This document shows, piece by piece, positions 1-9,310 of a stretch of DNA of 64,000 bases. The first letter of the stretch is position 1; every line of letters begins with the position of its first letter. The position numbers were made by a program, and so were the translations under genes. The stretch lies in the IMG/VR virus record IMGVR_UViG_3300036770_008730; one strand, written 5' to 3'. The notes beneath the pieces are model-generated. The model was not told where the DNA came from, ran no database searches, and worked only from the letters and a program-made list of their open reading frames with translations. Source of the DNA: a virus (lineage: Duplodnaviria > Caudoviricetes).

Positions 1-2
1 CA

Positions 3-968
3 TATAGCTTAGATGAAATAATTATAAAACTCCAGGGACTAAAGTATTGGTTAAAGAGAAATATTATACCAATAACTCATAAAATTTTAGATATAACTGG
101 TAGAGCATATAACAGTGGTTCTAACTACATCAAACATCGTGTTCAGGAGATTAGAGTTGTTAATATGAAAGATAGTATGACTCCTATAACTTTCAACATG
201 AATGAGACATACTTAATGCCTGTAAATAGCGGATCAACAGTTTATAATTGCGTTGTTGACTTCTATAGTATAGTTCCTTTGCCTATGACTCAGAGTCTAT
301 ATGATGTAATGGATTCAAGAAATTCACCTATTTACAACTCACCACGAGAAAATAAAATAATACCTAAGCCTTATTCTGGTCAATCTGTTGATTATCCTGA
401 TTATTTCAATCTTAAAATAAGAACATATAAAACATATCCGGAGTGGAATCCATTTCAAACATATGATTTTGGAGAAAATGTAACTTATTTTGGTTCTGTT
501 TATCAGTCTGCTACACAATCTAATAAACTTAAGAATCCTCGAAAATATGATGATGTTCAAACATTTCAGTCAACAAATAGATATACCGTTGCTGAAGTTG
601 TAAGGTATAGTGATGAGGTTTATGTTTTTTCTGGACTTGGTTCTACATATTCTGCTACTCAATCAGCTCCTACGCCACTTATAGACTCATCTAATTGGTT
701 AAGAATTACTGAGTGGAAAAAGATTAATTTACAACCGGTTCAATATATAACTGAATATAGAAAAGGAAATGATTTGAGACCATTTAATTTTTCAATAGAT
801 TCTAATATTGACCCTTTTTGTGTTATAGAATTGACTACTGATAATGGTTATGGATGTGTTTACACACAGAAAAAGAACTATGAAATAAGAGGTCTTAAAG
901 ATATTACTCAATCACTTAATCCAGTTGATCCAATTGGTCCATTTTCTCCAATCGCACCTGTTTATTAA
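3..968 (+). CDS. 5'-truncated large protein, probably virion structural (baseplate/tail); C-terminal part only
   Basis: Frame is open from position 3 (YSLDEIIIKLQGLKYWLKRNIIP...) into the 165..968 ORF, so the gene starts before the window. Tyr/Ser/Thr/Pro-rich with repeated W/Y-x-x-x-x-x-Y motifs typical of phage structural proteins. Confidence 0.5.
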   Translation, partial: YSLDEIIIKLQGLKYWLKRNIIPITHKILDITGRAYNSGSNYIKHRVQEIRVVNMKDSMTPITFNMNETYLMPVNSGSTVYNCVVDFYSIVPLPMTQSLYDVMDSRNSPIYNSPRENKIIPKPYSGQSVDYPDYFNLKIRTYKTYPEWNPFQTYDFGENVTYFGSVYQSATQSNKLKNPRKYDDVQTFQSTNRYTVAEVVRYSDEVYVFSGLGSTYSATQSAPTPLIDSSNWLRITEWKKINLQPVQYITEYRKGNDLRPFNFSIDSNIDPFCVIELTTDNGYGCVYTQKKNYEIRGLKDITQSLNPVDPIGPFSPIAPVY

Positions 969-976
969 ACAAATAA

Positions 977-1006
977 AAAAACCTCTGATTTTTATCAGAG
1001 GTTTTT
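977..1006. terminator. Bidirectional intrinsic terminator
   Basis: aaaaacctctgat-tttt-atcagaggttttt perfect hairpin between convergent genes. Confidence 0.85.
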
Positions 1007-1017
1007 AAAGTTTTGAA

Positions 1018-1704
1018 TTAAACTTCTTCTTTTTTCTTTGATTTAGAAACTTTTGCCTCTATAACTTCTTCAGAGTTTTCGATACGTCCTTCGATAGTGA
1101 CATTGTTATCAAAAGTTGAAACCCAATCTTGGATATCTTTAGAAAGTTCTTTTCCAGCGTTATCATAGTAATTAAATATTTTACTTATGGATCCTATTCT
1201 TTTTAGAATATTTGCGAATGTGTATGCATCTCTTGTAAGACCTTTGATTTTATGCTTAGAAATTAAGTGATAGATATAAGTGATTTCGGTTGCATCAACT
1301 GGTACAATGATTAAATCTTTATCATTTGTGAACTTTAAACTTTTCATACTACCCATTAAGTTTGTTAACTCTATTGCGAAGAAAACAGTGTTAACATCAT
1401 ATTCTAATTTAGAGATGATTAGGTCTGTTATAAACTTAAATTGTTCTTTATTTAAATGGAAATTGTATTTTGTATCTCTCAATTCAATGATGAAATTTCT
1501 CCATAACTCTTGAGCGTTTTTATAAAGTTCGTCTTTTTCTTTATCTGATTTATTTTTACCGCTGTTTTCTTTCATATAATTATCAATCTCTTGAATTTTT
1601 GTATCCAATGAAATTTCATAATTTGCGTTTATTATAAGATGATTAATTTCATCTTCGATGAAAGATACTTCTGGTTTTACTGTATTAGTTTCAATTTTTG
1701 TCAT
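1018..1704 (-). CDS. Hypothetical protein (228 aa)
   Basis: Long ORF tightly packed in a minus-strand operon; no motif recognised. Confidence 0.7.
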   Translation of the reverse strand: MTKIETNTVKPEVSFIEDEINHLIINANYEISLDTKIQEIDNYMKENSGKNKSDKEKDELYKNAQELWRNFIIELRDTKYNFHLNKEQFKFITDLIISKLEYDVNTVFFAIELTNLMGSMKSLKFTNDKDLIIVPVDATEITYIYHLISKHKIKGLTRDAYTFANILKRIGSISKIFNYYDNAGKELSKDIQDWVSTFDNNVTIEGRIENSEEVIEAKVSKSKKKEEV

Positions 1705-1722
1705 ATTGTTGTTTATTATTTT

Positions 1723-1968
1723 TTATCCGTTAATTTTTGTTGGTTGTTGTTCGTATAAGCTTATCAAAGTTTCTAACTTATCTTTAGCATCGGTGTATTG
1801 TGAAATCCATTTATCATGTTCAGTTAATAGGTCTGAGTGTTCTCCGATAGCAGCTAAATTTGTATTTGAAAAGTAAAGTGTGAGATTTGCTTTGGCTTCT
1901 TCCATTTGAAATTCATATTTCTTTTTAAGCGCTGAAATATAATTTTGTCCGTGATTTGGTAGGTTCAT
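1723..1968 (-). CDS. Small coiled-coil hypothetical protein
   Basis: 81-aa ORF fitted between neighbours; helical heptad character. Confidence 0.65.
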   Translation of the reverse strand: MNLPNHGQNYISALKKKYEFQMEEAKANLTLYFSNTNLAAIGEHSDLLTEHDKWISQYTDAKDKLETLISLYEQQPTKING

Positions 1969-1985
1969 ATTAATTTAAATTATTT

Positions 1986-2417
1986 TTATACAATAAACTC
2001 TTCATCTTGAGCTGCATCTTTTTGTTGTTCTTTATATAATTCCTCTACTTTATTAGCTCTTGCTACCTTTTCTACTCCGTATTTATTAACTAATGAGGAG
2101 AAAGTGTTAAGGTCGGTTTTTACTAATTTTATTTTACCGGTCTCAATATTCATATTGATTTTATCAATTTCTTGCTCGAAAAGAATTGTAATTGATTCTT
2201 CATCAAATGCTGCCAATATATCCTCATTTATTGTTACTAATAAGTCTTTCTGTGTTATGAAACAGTAGTTTGGTGCAATTAATTTAATTTTGATTAGTTC
2301 CTTCTGTTTTTCATCGCCAAGAAATTGAAATTTAATTGAAACTGGAAACGTTTTTTTGTTAAAAATCTCGTAAAATGTAGAGATAGTGTCTTCCGACAAT
2401 TGATAAAAATTATCCAT
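1986..2417 (-). CDS. Hypothetical protein
   Basis: 143-aa ORF with A-rich start context, preceded by an AAACTT-N16-TATAAA motif. Confidence 0.7.
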   Translation of the reverse strand: MDNFYQLSEDTISTFYEIFNKKTFPVSIKFQFLGDEKQKELIKIKLIAPNYCFITQKDLLVTINEDILAAFDEESITILFEQEIDKINMNIETGKIKLVKTDLNTFSSLVNKYGVEKVARANKVEELYKEQQKDAAQDEEFIV

Positions 2418-2433
2418 TTTATTTTTTTTTATT

Positions 2434-2461
2434 TTTATACGATTAAGATGATGGTAAGTTT
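2434..2461 (-). promoter_or_regulatory. Putative phage 'middle' promoter AAACTT-N16-TATAAA
   Basis: Minus strand reads aaactt accatcatcttaatcg tataaa, 16 nt before the 2417 start. Confidence 0.55.
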
Positions 2462-2892
2462 TACAATATTATTAAAAATAAAATAGTAAGAATCATTAAT
2501 AATGTTGGAATTACTTTATAGTAAATATTGCTATAGTATTTGTGGCTTTTGAATTGTGAAAATCCTATAACTATTAAGTATGAAAATTTATCTACCTTTT
2601 TTATTTCATAAACTTCATACAATTCTAATAATTTTTTCGCATCTAAGAATTGAGATAACTCTTGAGTATATTGTCTAGTAAAATTCTCAGATATTCTATC
2701 AATATCTGACTTTTTAAGCGAATATGATTCTCCAATTAAAAATTCAGGTATGTTGAGAACAGTATATAATCTATATGATCTATCAATCCTTATATTAAAT
2801 TGCTTTGATAATTCGTCTTCAGAAGATTTTACAACTTTTTTGAATTGTCTGAAAAGTTTTATTTTTTTTAATAAAGATATATTTTTCATCAT
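2461..2892 (-). CDS. Hypothetical membrane-anchored protein
   Basis: 143 aa with a C-terminal hydrophobic helix (VIPTLLMILTILFLIIL). Confidence 0.7.
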   Translation of the reverse strand: MMKNISLLKKIKLFRQFKKVVKSSEDELSKQFNIRIDRSYRLYTVLNIPEFLIGESYSLKKSDIDRISENFTRQYTQELSQFLDAKKLLELYEVYEIKKVDKFSYLIVIGFSQFKSHKYYSNIYYKVIPTLLMILTILFLIIL

Positions 2893-2914
2893 TTACTTAT
2901 ATCTTTTTAATTAA

Positions 2915-5900
2915 TTAAAGTTTAAGAGTCATGTCAGGACCAAAATTTTGACTTGCTAACCATTCGTCTATACCACTAGTATTATAATTGATAGCTTTTA
3001 ACTGAGTAATAATTTGATCTAGTTGGTCTTCTGTCTTACTTTTCTTCACTACTCCTCCAGTTACTGCTGACTTTTTTTCTCCTTGTTCTCCACCTTTTTT
3101 GTCACCTACCGATGGTCTCGCCTTTTTATCCGCTTCTATTAATTTAGAGAATACCGAAGCTTTGGATTCCAATACCGACATCACCCTATCGAACATCTCT
3201 GCGTCCATACTGGCTAATACCGCTATGTTTCCTGTTAATCTTCTTATTATTGAAACTTTCTCACCATCAATTGAAGATAAAGCATTTCCAAATCTTTGTA
3301 ATGATCTTGCTAAAACGTCATAAGCCATAGCGATTTTTACCATACCATCTGCCATCTGAGATATTGGATCTTGACCCACTAGTCTTTTTAACATTCCTCC
3401 AATACCACCACCTTGTTGCATCTTTGAGAATTGTTGAGCTATATAAGCAAAGGCTAGAATGTTAGATCCAACATTTTTCATATAATTTGGATCGATTTTC
3501 ATTTCGAAGAACTTTCTTCCTGTATAAAGAATTTTTGCAGTTTGAACTAAAGACGCTACTGTTCTCGCTACAATACCCACATCAGTTTCTTTTGTAACTG
3601 TTACTTGTTCTGTCACTTTACCACTCAATAATCCTCCTAATCCTGCAACTTTTGTTTTCTTTTCTGTTGTCGTTAGTAAAGCCTCGAGTTGTTTTACTAA
3701 AATCGCATATCCTATTGCCGTTACTGATATATTACCTATCCACGTTGCTGGGATCGTAGCTTTGAATGCTTGTTCGGCCTTCTTTATCATCAATGCGATA
3801 TTTGTAACTGATAAAAACACCGCGTTCATAAGTGATGCTGATAATGTGAATCCTGCAATTCCTCCTTTTTGTTTTGATAGTAATCCAAATAAAGAGTTAA
3901 ATTGTATTACTGTCGTTCCTATAGCTTGGCCCCATTCTTTGGTCGGATAGTTTTTGAAATCGGGTTTAGATTTACCTGGTATTAAAACTCCACCAGCTCC
4001 TAATGTATATCCATTAAGTAACTGTGCTGTTTTAACTATAGCATCAGACATTTGTAAGATACCCATTTTCATTTCCGCGATGACTTCTTTTCCACTTGTG
4101 AACCATCCCTTTCCTTGTAATGCTGCAAATACCGGAGCGAATGCATTTAATGCCGCACCTACACCCTCACCCCATTCTTTTGCTGGATAACTTTTACTCC
4201 AAACAACACCTTTTAGTTTAGTTGGGTCTCCAAAGTATCTTGCTGCCTCAACTATACCTTCACTGATTGCAATTATTGCGCCTTTCATTGCTGCCGCATC
4301 TACTCCTTTACCACCAAATAAACTTATTATTGATCCTTGTGATAGTATTGATAATACTGGAGCGAATGCTCCTATTGCTGTTCCAACACCCTCAGCCCAT
4401 TCTTTTGTTGGTGCTTTCTTCCAAACTCCTTTATTTTTTGGACTTGCAAATAGTTCAGCTGCGGTCATAATACCTCCTGATACGGTAACTATTGCCTTGG
4501 CAAAATCATCTGGTCCAATACCGCCACCACCGAATAATTTCATTACACCATTTGCCATTAACATACCATAGATTGGTGAAAATGCTCCTAAAGCGATTGC
4601 GATACCTGTCGCCCATTCAACTGTTGGTCCTTTCTTATATTGACCTTTTGCTAAAATAAATGAAACTCCCACTATTGTCGCAGCTATCTGAAGCATCATT
4701 TTCTGAGCTTTCTCAAATGGATCTTCCGCTCCAAAGAACTTCATTACACCACCTGCTAATCCTAATACACCTAATGCAATTATAGCAGGTACAAATGCTC
4801 CGTATAATAAAGCTACTGACATTGCCCAAGGAAGCATTCCCTGAACATTATATTTTCCTTTTATTAAGATGTGTGATGCAGCTACTATTGTTCCTGCTAC
4901 AACAAGTATTGCACCGAGACCCGCTGCAAAAATTAAGGCCTGTGGTCCAAATACAGCTAATCCTAATACAAATGCTGCAATACCAAATGCTGCTAAAGAG
5001 GCACCTACTCCTAACACCCACTTAAGACCTGGATAATTACCATATTTTCCAGCGTTTAGTATGTGTGATGCCACTGTTATTACTGCGGCGATAATTAGAA
5101 TTGCTAGTCCACCTTTTAGATATGTCATTGGACCACCCAGTGTGTTCAATATCTTAGCTACTACTCCTATTACAACTGCAGCTATGCCTAAAATTACACT
5201 AAAGAATAAAAGTTTGAATAGTCCCGCAAATGACATACTTTCAAAAAACTTCATAGCTTTCGATAGAATAAGTGCTGATATTGCTAAGGTTATTGCTAAT
5301 ATTGTAAAGAATACAGGCATTTTTATAATAGCTCCCCAAGAAACTTTTTCAATAATTTTACTTGCAATTCCGAATATTATACCTAAAATTCCAAGAACCG
5401 CACCTAAGACTAAAATTCTTAACATAGTAATGAAGTCTATTTGAAAAAATGCTTGACTTTTATATAAAATAAACGCCGAAGCAGCTATAGATAAAGTTAT
5501 TAATGTGAAGAATAATGGTAGAAGTAAGACGTTTTTCCAAGTTATATTTCCTATAATTTTAGTAGCGATTCCAAATATTACACCTAAAATACCTACTACA
5601 GCTCCAAGTGCTAAAATTCTCAACATTGTAATCCATTCTATATTAAAAAATTCTCTCGATATCCAGAAAATATACGCTGATGCTGCTATAGCTAATGATA
5701 TCAGTGTAAAGAATGCTGGAATTTTCGGAACATCTTTCCAATCCATCTTTCCAAGTGCAGTAGCTATTCTTTTTATAGAAAATGATAGAACAAAGAATAA
5801 AGCCGCTATCATTATAGAACCTATAAATGCTTGAATTCCTATTGGTTGAACCATTCCTAAGAATTTAGATGATGCCCACATTGCTATTGAAAATGCAACA

Positions 5901-7060
5901 AATACGAATGGCATCATAAATGATGCTATCATTGCATCTTTTGGACTTAATCCTTCAAATGATTTAAGGATTTTTCTTAATCCAAATGCAGCCACTGTAA
6001 ATATTGCAGCAATCATTATTGATGATATTGCTTGCATTAGTCCTATTGGTTGAACTTTACCCAATATCATTGATGACCACCATATACTAACTGATAATGA
6101 AAGAAATACAAGAGGTAACAATAAAGCTGTTTTCAAAACGGTACCCATGCTTAGTTTTTCTTTTTCAAACATACCGACTATTTTAACTAACGCTCCGCTC
6201 GCGACTGCAAATACACCCGCAATTACAATTGCGGTCAATGCTTGAGTAATTGATATTGGTGTTATCATTGATAAAACCTTAGAGGATAATGCAATACCTA
6301 TAGACATACCTATCATAATAAGTGGAAGAGCTACTGATGCTTTTAAAATCATACTCCATTCAAGAGAAGTTGTCTCAATTACTTTACCATCTGGCATTTT
6401 AACCTTGGTTGGTTTTGTCATTGCTGCTATCATATTTCCCAATGATGGTCCAATAAACATAAACATGAAACCTATAAATATAGCAGTCATTCCTTGTTGA
6501 ATTGTTATTACTGATGTTTTTGATAATAAGAATGATGATAACATTACAGCTCCTGACATTAATACCATTGCCATTGATGTGTCTATAGCTTCTTTTCTCG
6601 TTATTTTCAATTTTGCAATTTTTTCAAATGCTACTCCAATTAATACTATGGCTATTCCTAATCCAATTACAGATATAAAATCAATTTTACCAACAAGTTT
6701 GAATGCCATTCCTATAGCCAATACTGCAACTGCAATCAATAAAATGGTCGCAACTCCCTTTTTAATAGAACTTTCCTTTTTAGGATCACTTTCTAAATCA
6801 CCGGTTTTCTTATCACTTTCTTTCTTCTTAGACATTTCTAAGATAGTTTTCTGTTGCTTTAAGATTTCCTCTGTATCTTTTTTGATACCTTTTACTCCAA
6901 TATTAATTTCTTTGATTTCTTCGATGAAGTTTCCACTCTGAAGTGCTTTAGTGACATCAGAATTTTTTTCACCGCCTTTTCCTTTTTCCGCCATTAACTC
7001 ACCAATCTTTTCAAGAGCGGTCGAAAGATTGTCAAGTGCTTTGAGTAGTTGCTTATCCAT
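2915..7060 (-). CDS. Tail tape-measure-like protein
   Basis: 1381 aa, Ala/Gly/Ile-rich amphipathic helical repeats (three ~66-aa WKxVxxLPxFF units; four PTxEWxxGxGxAxxAFxP units), charged termini, TATATA-class motif upstream. Confidence 0.65.
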   Translation of the reverse strand: MDKQLLKALDNLSTALEKIGELMAEKGKGGEKNSDVTKALQSGNFIEEIKEINIGVKGIKKDTEEILKQQKTILEMSKKKESDKKTGDLESDPKKESSIKKGVATILLIAVAVLAIGMAFKLVGKIDFISVIGLGIAIVLIGVAFEKIAKLKITRKEAIDTSMAMVLMSGAVMLSSFLLSKTSVITIQQGMTAIFIGFMFMFIGPSLGNMIAAMTKPTKVKMPDGKVIETTSLEWSMILKASVALPLIMIGMSIGIALSSKVLSMITPISITQALTAIVIAGVFAVASGALVKIVGMFEKEKLSMGTVLKTALLLPLVFLSLSVSIWWSSMILGKVQPIGLMQAISSIMIAAIFTVAAFGLRKILKSFEGLSPKDAMIASFMMPFVFVAFSIAMWASSKFLGMVQPIGIQAFIGSIMIAALFFVLSFSIKRIATALGKMDWKDVPKIPAFFTLISLAIAASAYIFWISREFFNIEWITMLRILALGAVVGILGVIFGIATKIIGNITWKNVLLLPLFFTLITLSIAASAFILYKSQAFFQIDFITMLRILVLGAVLGILGIIFGIASKIIEKVSWGAIIKMPVFFTILAITLAISALILSKAMKFFESMSFAGLFKLLFFSVILGIAAVVIGVVAKILNTLGGPMTYLKGGLAILIIAAVITVASHILNAGKYGNYPGLKWVLGVGASLAAFGIAAFVLGLAVFGPQALIFAAGLGAILVVAGTIVAASHILIKGKYNVQGMLPWAMSVALLYGAFVPAIIALGVLGLAGGVMKFFGAEDPFEKAQKMMLQIAATIVGVSFILAKGQYKKGPTVEWATGIAIALGAFSPIYGMLMANGVMKLFGGGGIGPDDFAKAIVTVSGGIMTAAELFASPKNKGVWKKAPTKEWAEGVGTAIGAFAPVLSILSQGSIISLFGGKGVDAAAMKGAIIAISEGIVEAARYFGDPTKLKGVVWSKSYPAKEWGEGVGAALNAFAPVFAALQGKGWFTSGKEVIAEMKMGILQMSDAIVKTAQLLNGYTLGAGGVLIPGKSKPDFKNYPTKEWGQAIGTTVIQFNSLFGLLSKQKGGIAGFTLSASLMNAVFLSVTNIALMIKKAEQAFKATIPATWIGNISVTAIGYAILVKQLEALLTTTEKKTKVAGLGGLLSGKVTEQVTVTKETDVGIVARTVASLVQTAKILYTGRKFFEMKIDPNYMKNVGSNILAFAYIAQQFSKMQQGGGIGGMLKRLVGQDPISQMADGMVKIAMAYDVLARSLQRFGNALSSIDGEKVSIIRRLTGNIAVLASMDAEMFDRVMSVLESKASVFSKLIEADKKARPSVGDKKGGEQGEKKSAVTGGVVKKSKTEDQLDQIITQLKAINYNTSGIDEWLASQNFGPDMTLKL

Positions 7061-7109
7061 ACAAAACTTTTTACTTAAGGAGTATATATAAAATAAGGCT
7101 ATGTTTCTT

Positions 7110-7119
7110 TAATATATAC
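7110..7119 (+). promoter_or_regulatory. Putative late promoter TAATATATAC; a divergent copy at 7082-7091 faces the tape-measure gene
   Basis: Same motif recurs just upstream of many virion-type genes. Confidence 0.5.
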
Positions 7120-7123
7120 TAAT

Positions 7124-7585
7124 ATGAAACTAACTAAGATTATTAAACATTATTTGTTGGGTAAATCCGTAAAAGAAATGGAAATGAATAGAATTTTAGA
7201 AAAAATATCAAGCAAAAAGAAGTTAAGTGACAGAGAGAAAAATTTCTTAGAACTTTATCAATCAACTCGTGATGAAGATTTAAAGGATTATGTTTATCTT
7301 TCTAAAAACTCTACTTTTTCTAAAGTAAGTCAATTACTTGAGAATGAAAAGAAGGTTATATGTGATTTGTGTGATAAAAACGGTAAAATTGGTCTACAAA
7401 TTATTTCAATAGAAAATCAATTCGAAACCGAAAAGTGTATTTTAACATTCAAAAACAAAGAAACACATTTCTTACATGATAAGTTTCTTTATAATTTAAT
7501 TTACAATGTTAAAAAAGACGAGTATTCACTTCAAGAGCAAGATGAATATTTCGAAAAAATAACAACCAAAAGTGATGAAGATTAA
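7124..7585 (+). CDS. Hypothetical protein
   Basis: 153-aa ORF immediately after a TAATATATAC motif. Confidence 0.7.
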   Translation: MKLTKIIKHYLLGKSVKEMEMNRILEKISSKKKLSDREKNFLELYQSTRDEDLKDYVYLSKNSTFSKVSQLLENEKKVICDLCDKNGKIGLQIISIENQFETEKCILTFKNKETHFLHDKFLYNLIYNVKKDEYSLQEQDEYFEKITTKSDED

Positions 7586-7898
7586 AAGATTCGGAGAGTT
7601 TAATGAAGCTATTTCTGGAACTGAACTAGTAGGTAATATATCTATGGGTCCTGCTTATGGTGAAACTAGATTGCAGAATAAAACGGTTGGTAAAAGACAT
7701 ACAACTGCTGAATATTCAAAAGATTTGAATAATCCTGATTCTGGTAATACACTTACTAGTGATATTTTCTTTGATGATCAATATTCGGATATCTATAATC
7801 AATATCTTAAGAGTGGTGGTTCACAATCTGAACTTACGGATGATAGAGGTTTAAATATGAAAATTATGATGGATTTTTTACGAACATCCAATAGTTAA
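7575..7898 (+). CDS. Putative head-internal protein (capsid-targeting-like leader)
   Basis: ATG at 7575 gives MKIKRFGEFNE, matching the shared leader. Confidence 0.6.
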   Translation: MKIKRFGEFNEAISGTELVGNISMGPAYGETRLQNKTVGKRHTTAEYSKDLNNPDSGNTLTSDIFFDDQYSDIYNQYLKSGGSQSELTDDRGLNMKIMMDFLRTSNS

Positions 7899-7930
7899 TA
7901 TATACAAATTGATAAAAACAAAAATCAAAA

Positions 7931-9265
7931 ATGAGTAAATTAATTACATTAAATGGAATAGAAGATGATTCTCTTTTAAATGAAATCTTTAACGATGAAA
8001 TTATTGTTATAGAGGATATTCAAGGTAGTAAAATTTGGGTTAATTGGAATGGTAAAGATTTTATAATCAAGCCTAAATCTATACAAAATGAGGCCATCAA
8101 TTTGGTTGATTTGGCTATGCAGAATTATTACAATCCTGCTATAAAATATTTTAATTCATTAGATGATAGAATAAAAGGCCTTTTAAATAAAAAATGGTGG
8201 TATTGCTTTGAATATTTTCCAGATAATCAACCAGCAAATATTGAATATAGTAGAGTTCCAAAAAATAACTTAGTATTGACCTTTATAAATAAAGGTGGTG
8301 GTAAATATGAGTTCAATTATGAGGAACTAGATGAATATTCTCGACTTTTTGATGTTGATATGATTCCTATTGTTTTTTATGGTAAATTATCAGATAGAAT
8401 GATAGAGGCAATAAGATACTTTATTAATACTAGCGAGGGTGATTTAGAATATGTCTTTGGTGAAAAGTCATTCGCCTTTTTCTTCTATAAGATTTTGAAT
8501 CCAAATACCAAAAACTCTTTTTTGATGGATGAAGAGAATTATCAAAAAAATGTTGAGAAGTTGATTATCAGATGTAAATCAAAAGAACTCTCTTTTGAAA
8601 TTCTTAATCCTCTTTATAAAAGAATTAGTGAGAAAACTTCAACCGAATTTGTTGAAATATACACTCTTATTTTAATAAATTTTCTTAACTTCTGTCAATC
8701 TGTTAATTTAGAACAGATTAAACTTAAAGGTCAAAAAAGAGATGAACTTTATCTATTTCTTATATCTAAGCTTTATAATATTTATGTTTCTGAAATAAAA
8801 ACAGACCTTTTACAGTTTGAATTTTCTGTTCCTGAATTCTTTGATAAAGAAAAATTCAAAATTAATAAAGAGTTGATATCAAATAAACTAACTAAAGAAT
8901 TTATTGAAGAAGATCCTAAACTAGAATATATCTACAAAGTTATACTTGGATCTCTAAATAAGAAAAAGAAAAAACCTATTGGTCTTTTTACAGATAATAC
9001 AGTTTCTCTTTTTAATCAATTTGTAGATTCCATATCAAAATACATAGATGAATATTTGAACAAAATTCAAGAGGTTGAATTAACACGTTCTGGATTATTA
9101 GATTTCGAAGATTTCTTTGATATTCAATATGATAAAGATTCAGAAGGTGAGGTTTATCCAGATGTTTATTCAGAATTTGGAAAAGAAGAATCCGAAACAA
9201 AGAAAAAGAAAGGTAAGGGTGGTAAAATGACTGGAGGACCTTCAAAAGAATCTTCTACTAAATAA
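7931..9265 (+). CDS. RNA ligase (Rnl2)-like nucleotidyltransferase-fold protein, probably catalytically degenerate
   Basis: IEDIQGS aligns with motif I (EKIHGT) with Lys replaced by Asp; CFEYF, EKLIIR and FEILNP fall where motifs III, IV and V are expected. Confidence 0.5.
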   Translation: MSKLITLNGIEDDSLLNEIFNDEIIVIEDIQGSKIWVNWNGKDFIIKPKSIQNEAINLVDLAMQNYYNPAIKYFNSLDDRIKGLLNKKWWYCFEYFPDNQPANIEYSRVPKNNLVLTFINKGGGKYEFNYEELDEYSRLFDVDMIPIVFYGKLSDRMIEAIRYFINTSEGDLEYVFGEKSFAFFFYKILNPNTKNSFLMDEENYQKNVEKLIIRCKSKELSFEILNPLYKRISEKTSTEFVEIYTLILINFLNFCQSVNLEQIKLKGQKRDELYLFLISKLYNIYVSEIKTDLLQFEFSVPEFFDKEKFKINKELISNKLTKEFIEEDPKLEYIYKVILGSLNKKKKKPIGLFTDNTVSLFNQFVDSISKYIDEYLNKIQEVELTRSGLLDFEDFFDIQYDKDSEGEVYPDVYSEFGKEESETKKKKGKGGKMTGGPSKESSTK

Positions 9266-9279
9266 TTTCTAACTTACTA

Positions 9280-9306
9280 AAACATAAATTTTATTCTCTA
9301 TATAAA
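9280..9306 (+). promoter_or_regulatory. Putative 'middle' promoter AAACAT-N15-TATAAA
   Basis: Spacing matches the other copies; 4 nt before ATG 9311. Confidence 0.45.
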
Positions 9307-9310
9307 ATCT

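Noticed and set aside
1986-2417. Possible phage metallopeptidase-like domain
   Set aside because: The HExxH position reads EQEIDK; resemblance too weak to call without a profile search.
3099-6941. Several 60-130 aa plus-strand ORFs inside the tape-measure-like gene, and similar short antisense ORFs within other long genes
   Set aside because: Shadow frames of long genes with biased codons; no motifs, start context or promoter support.
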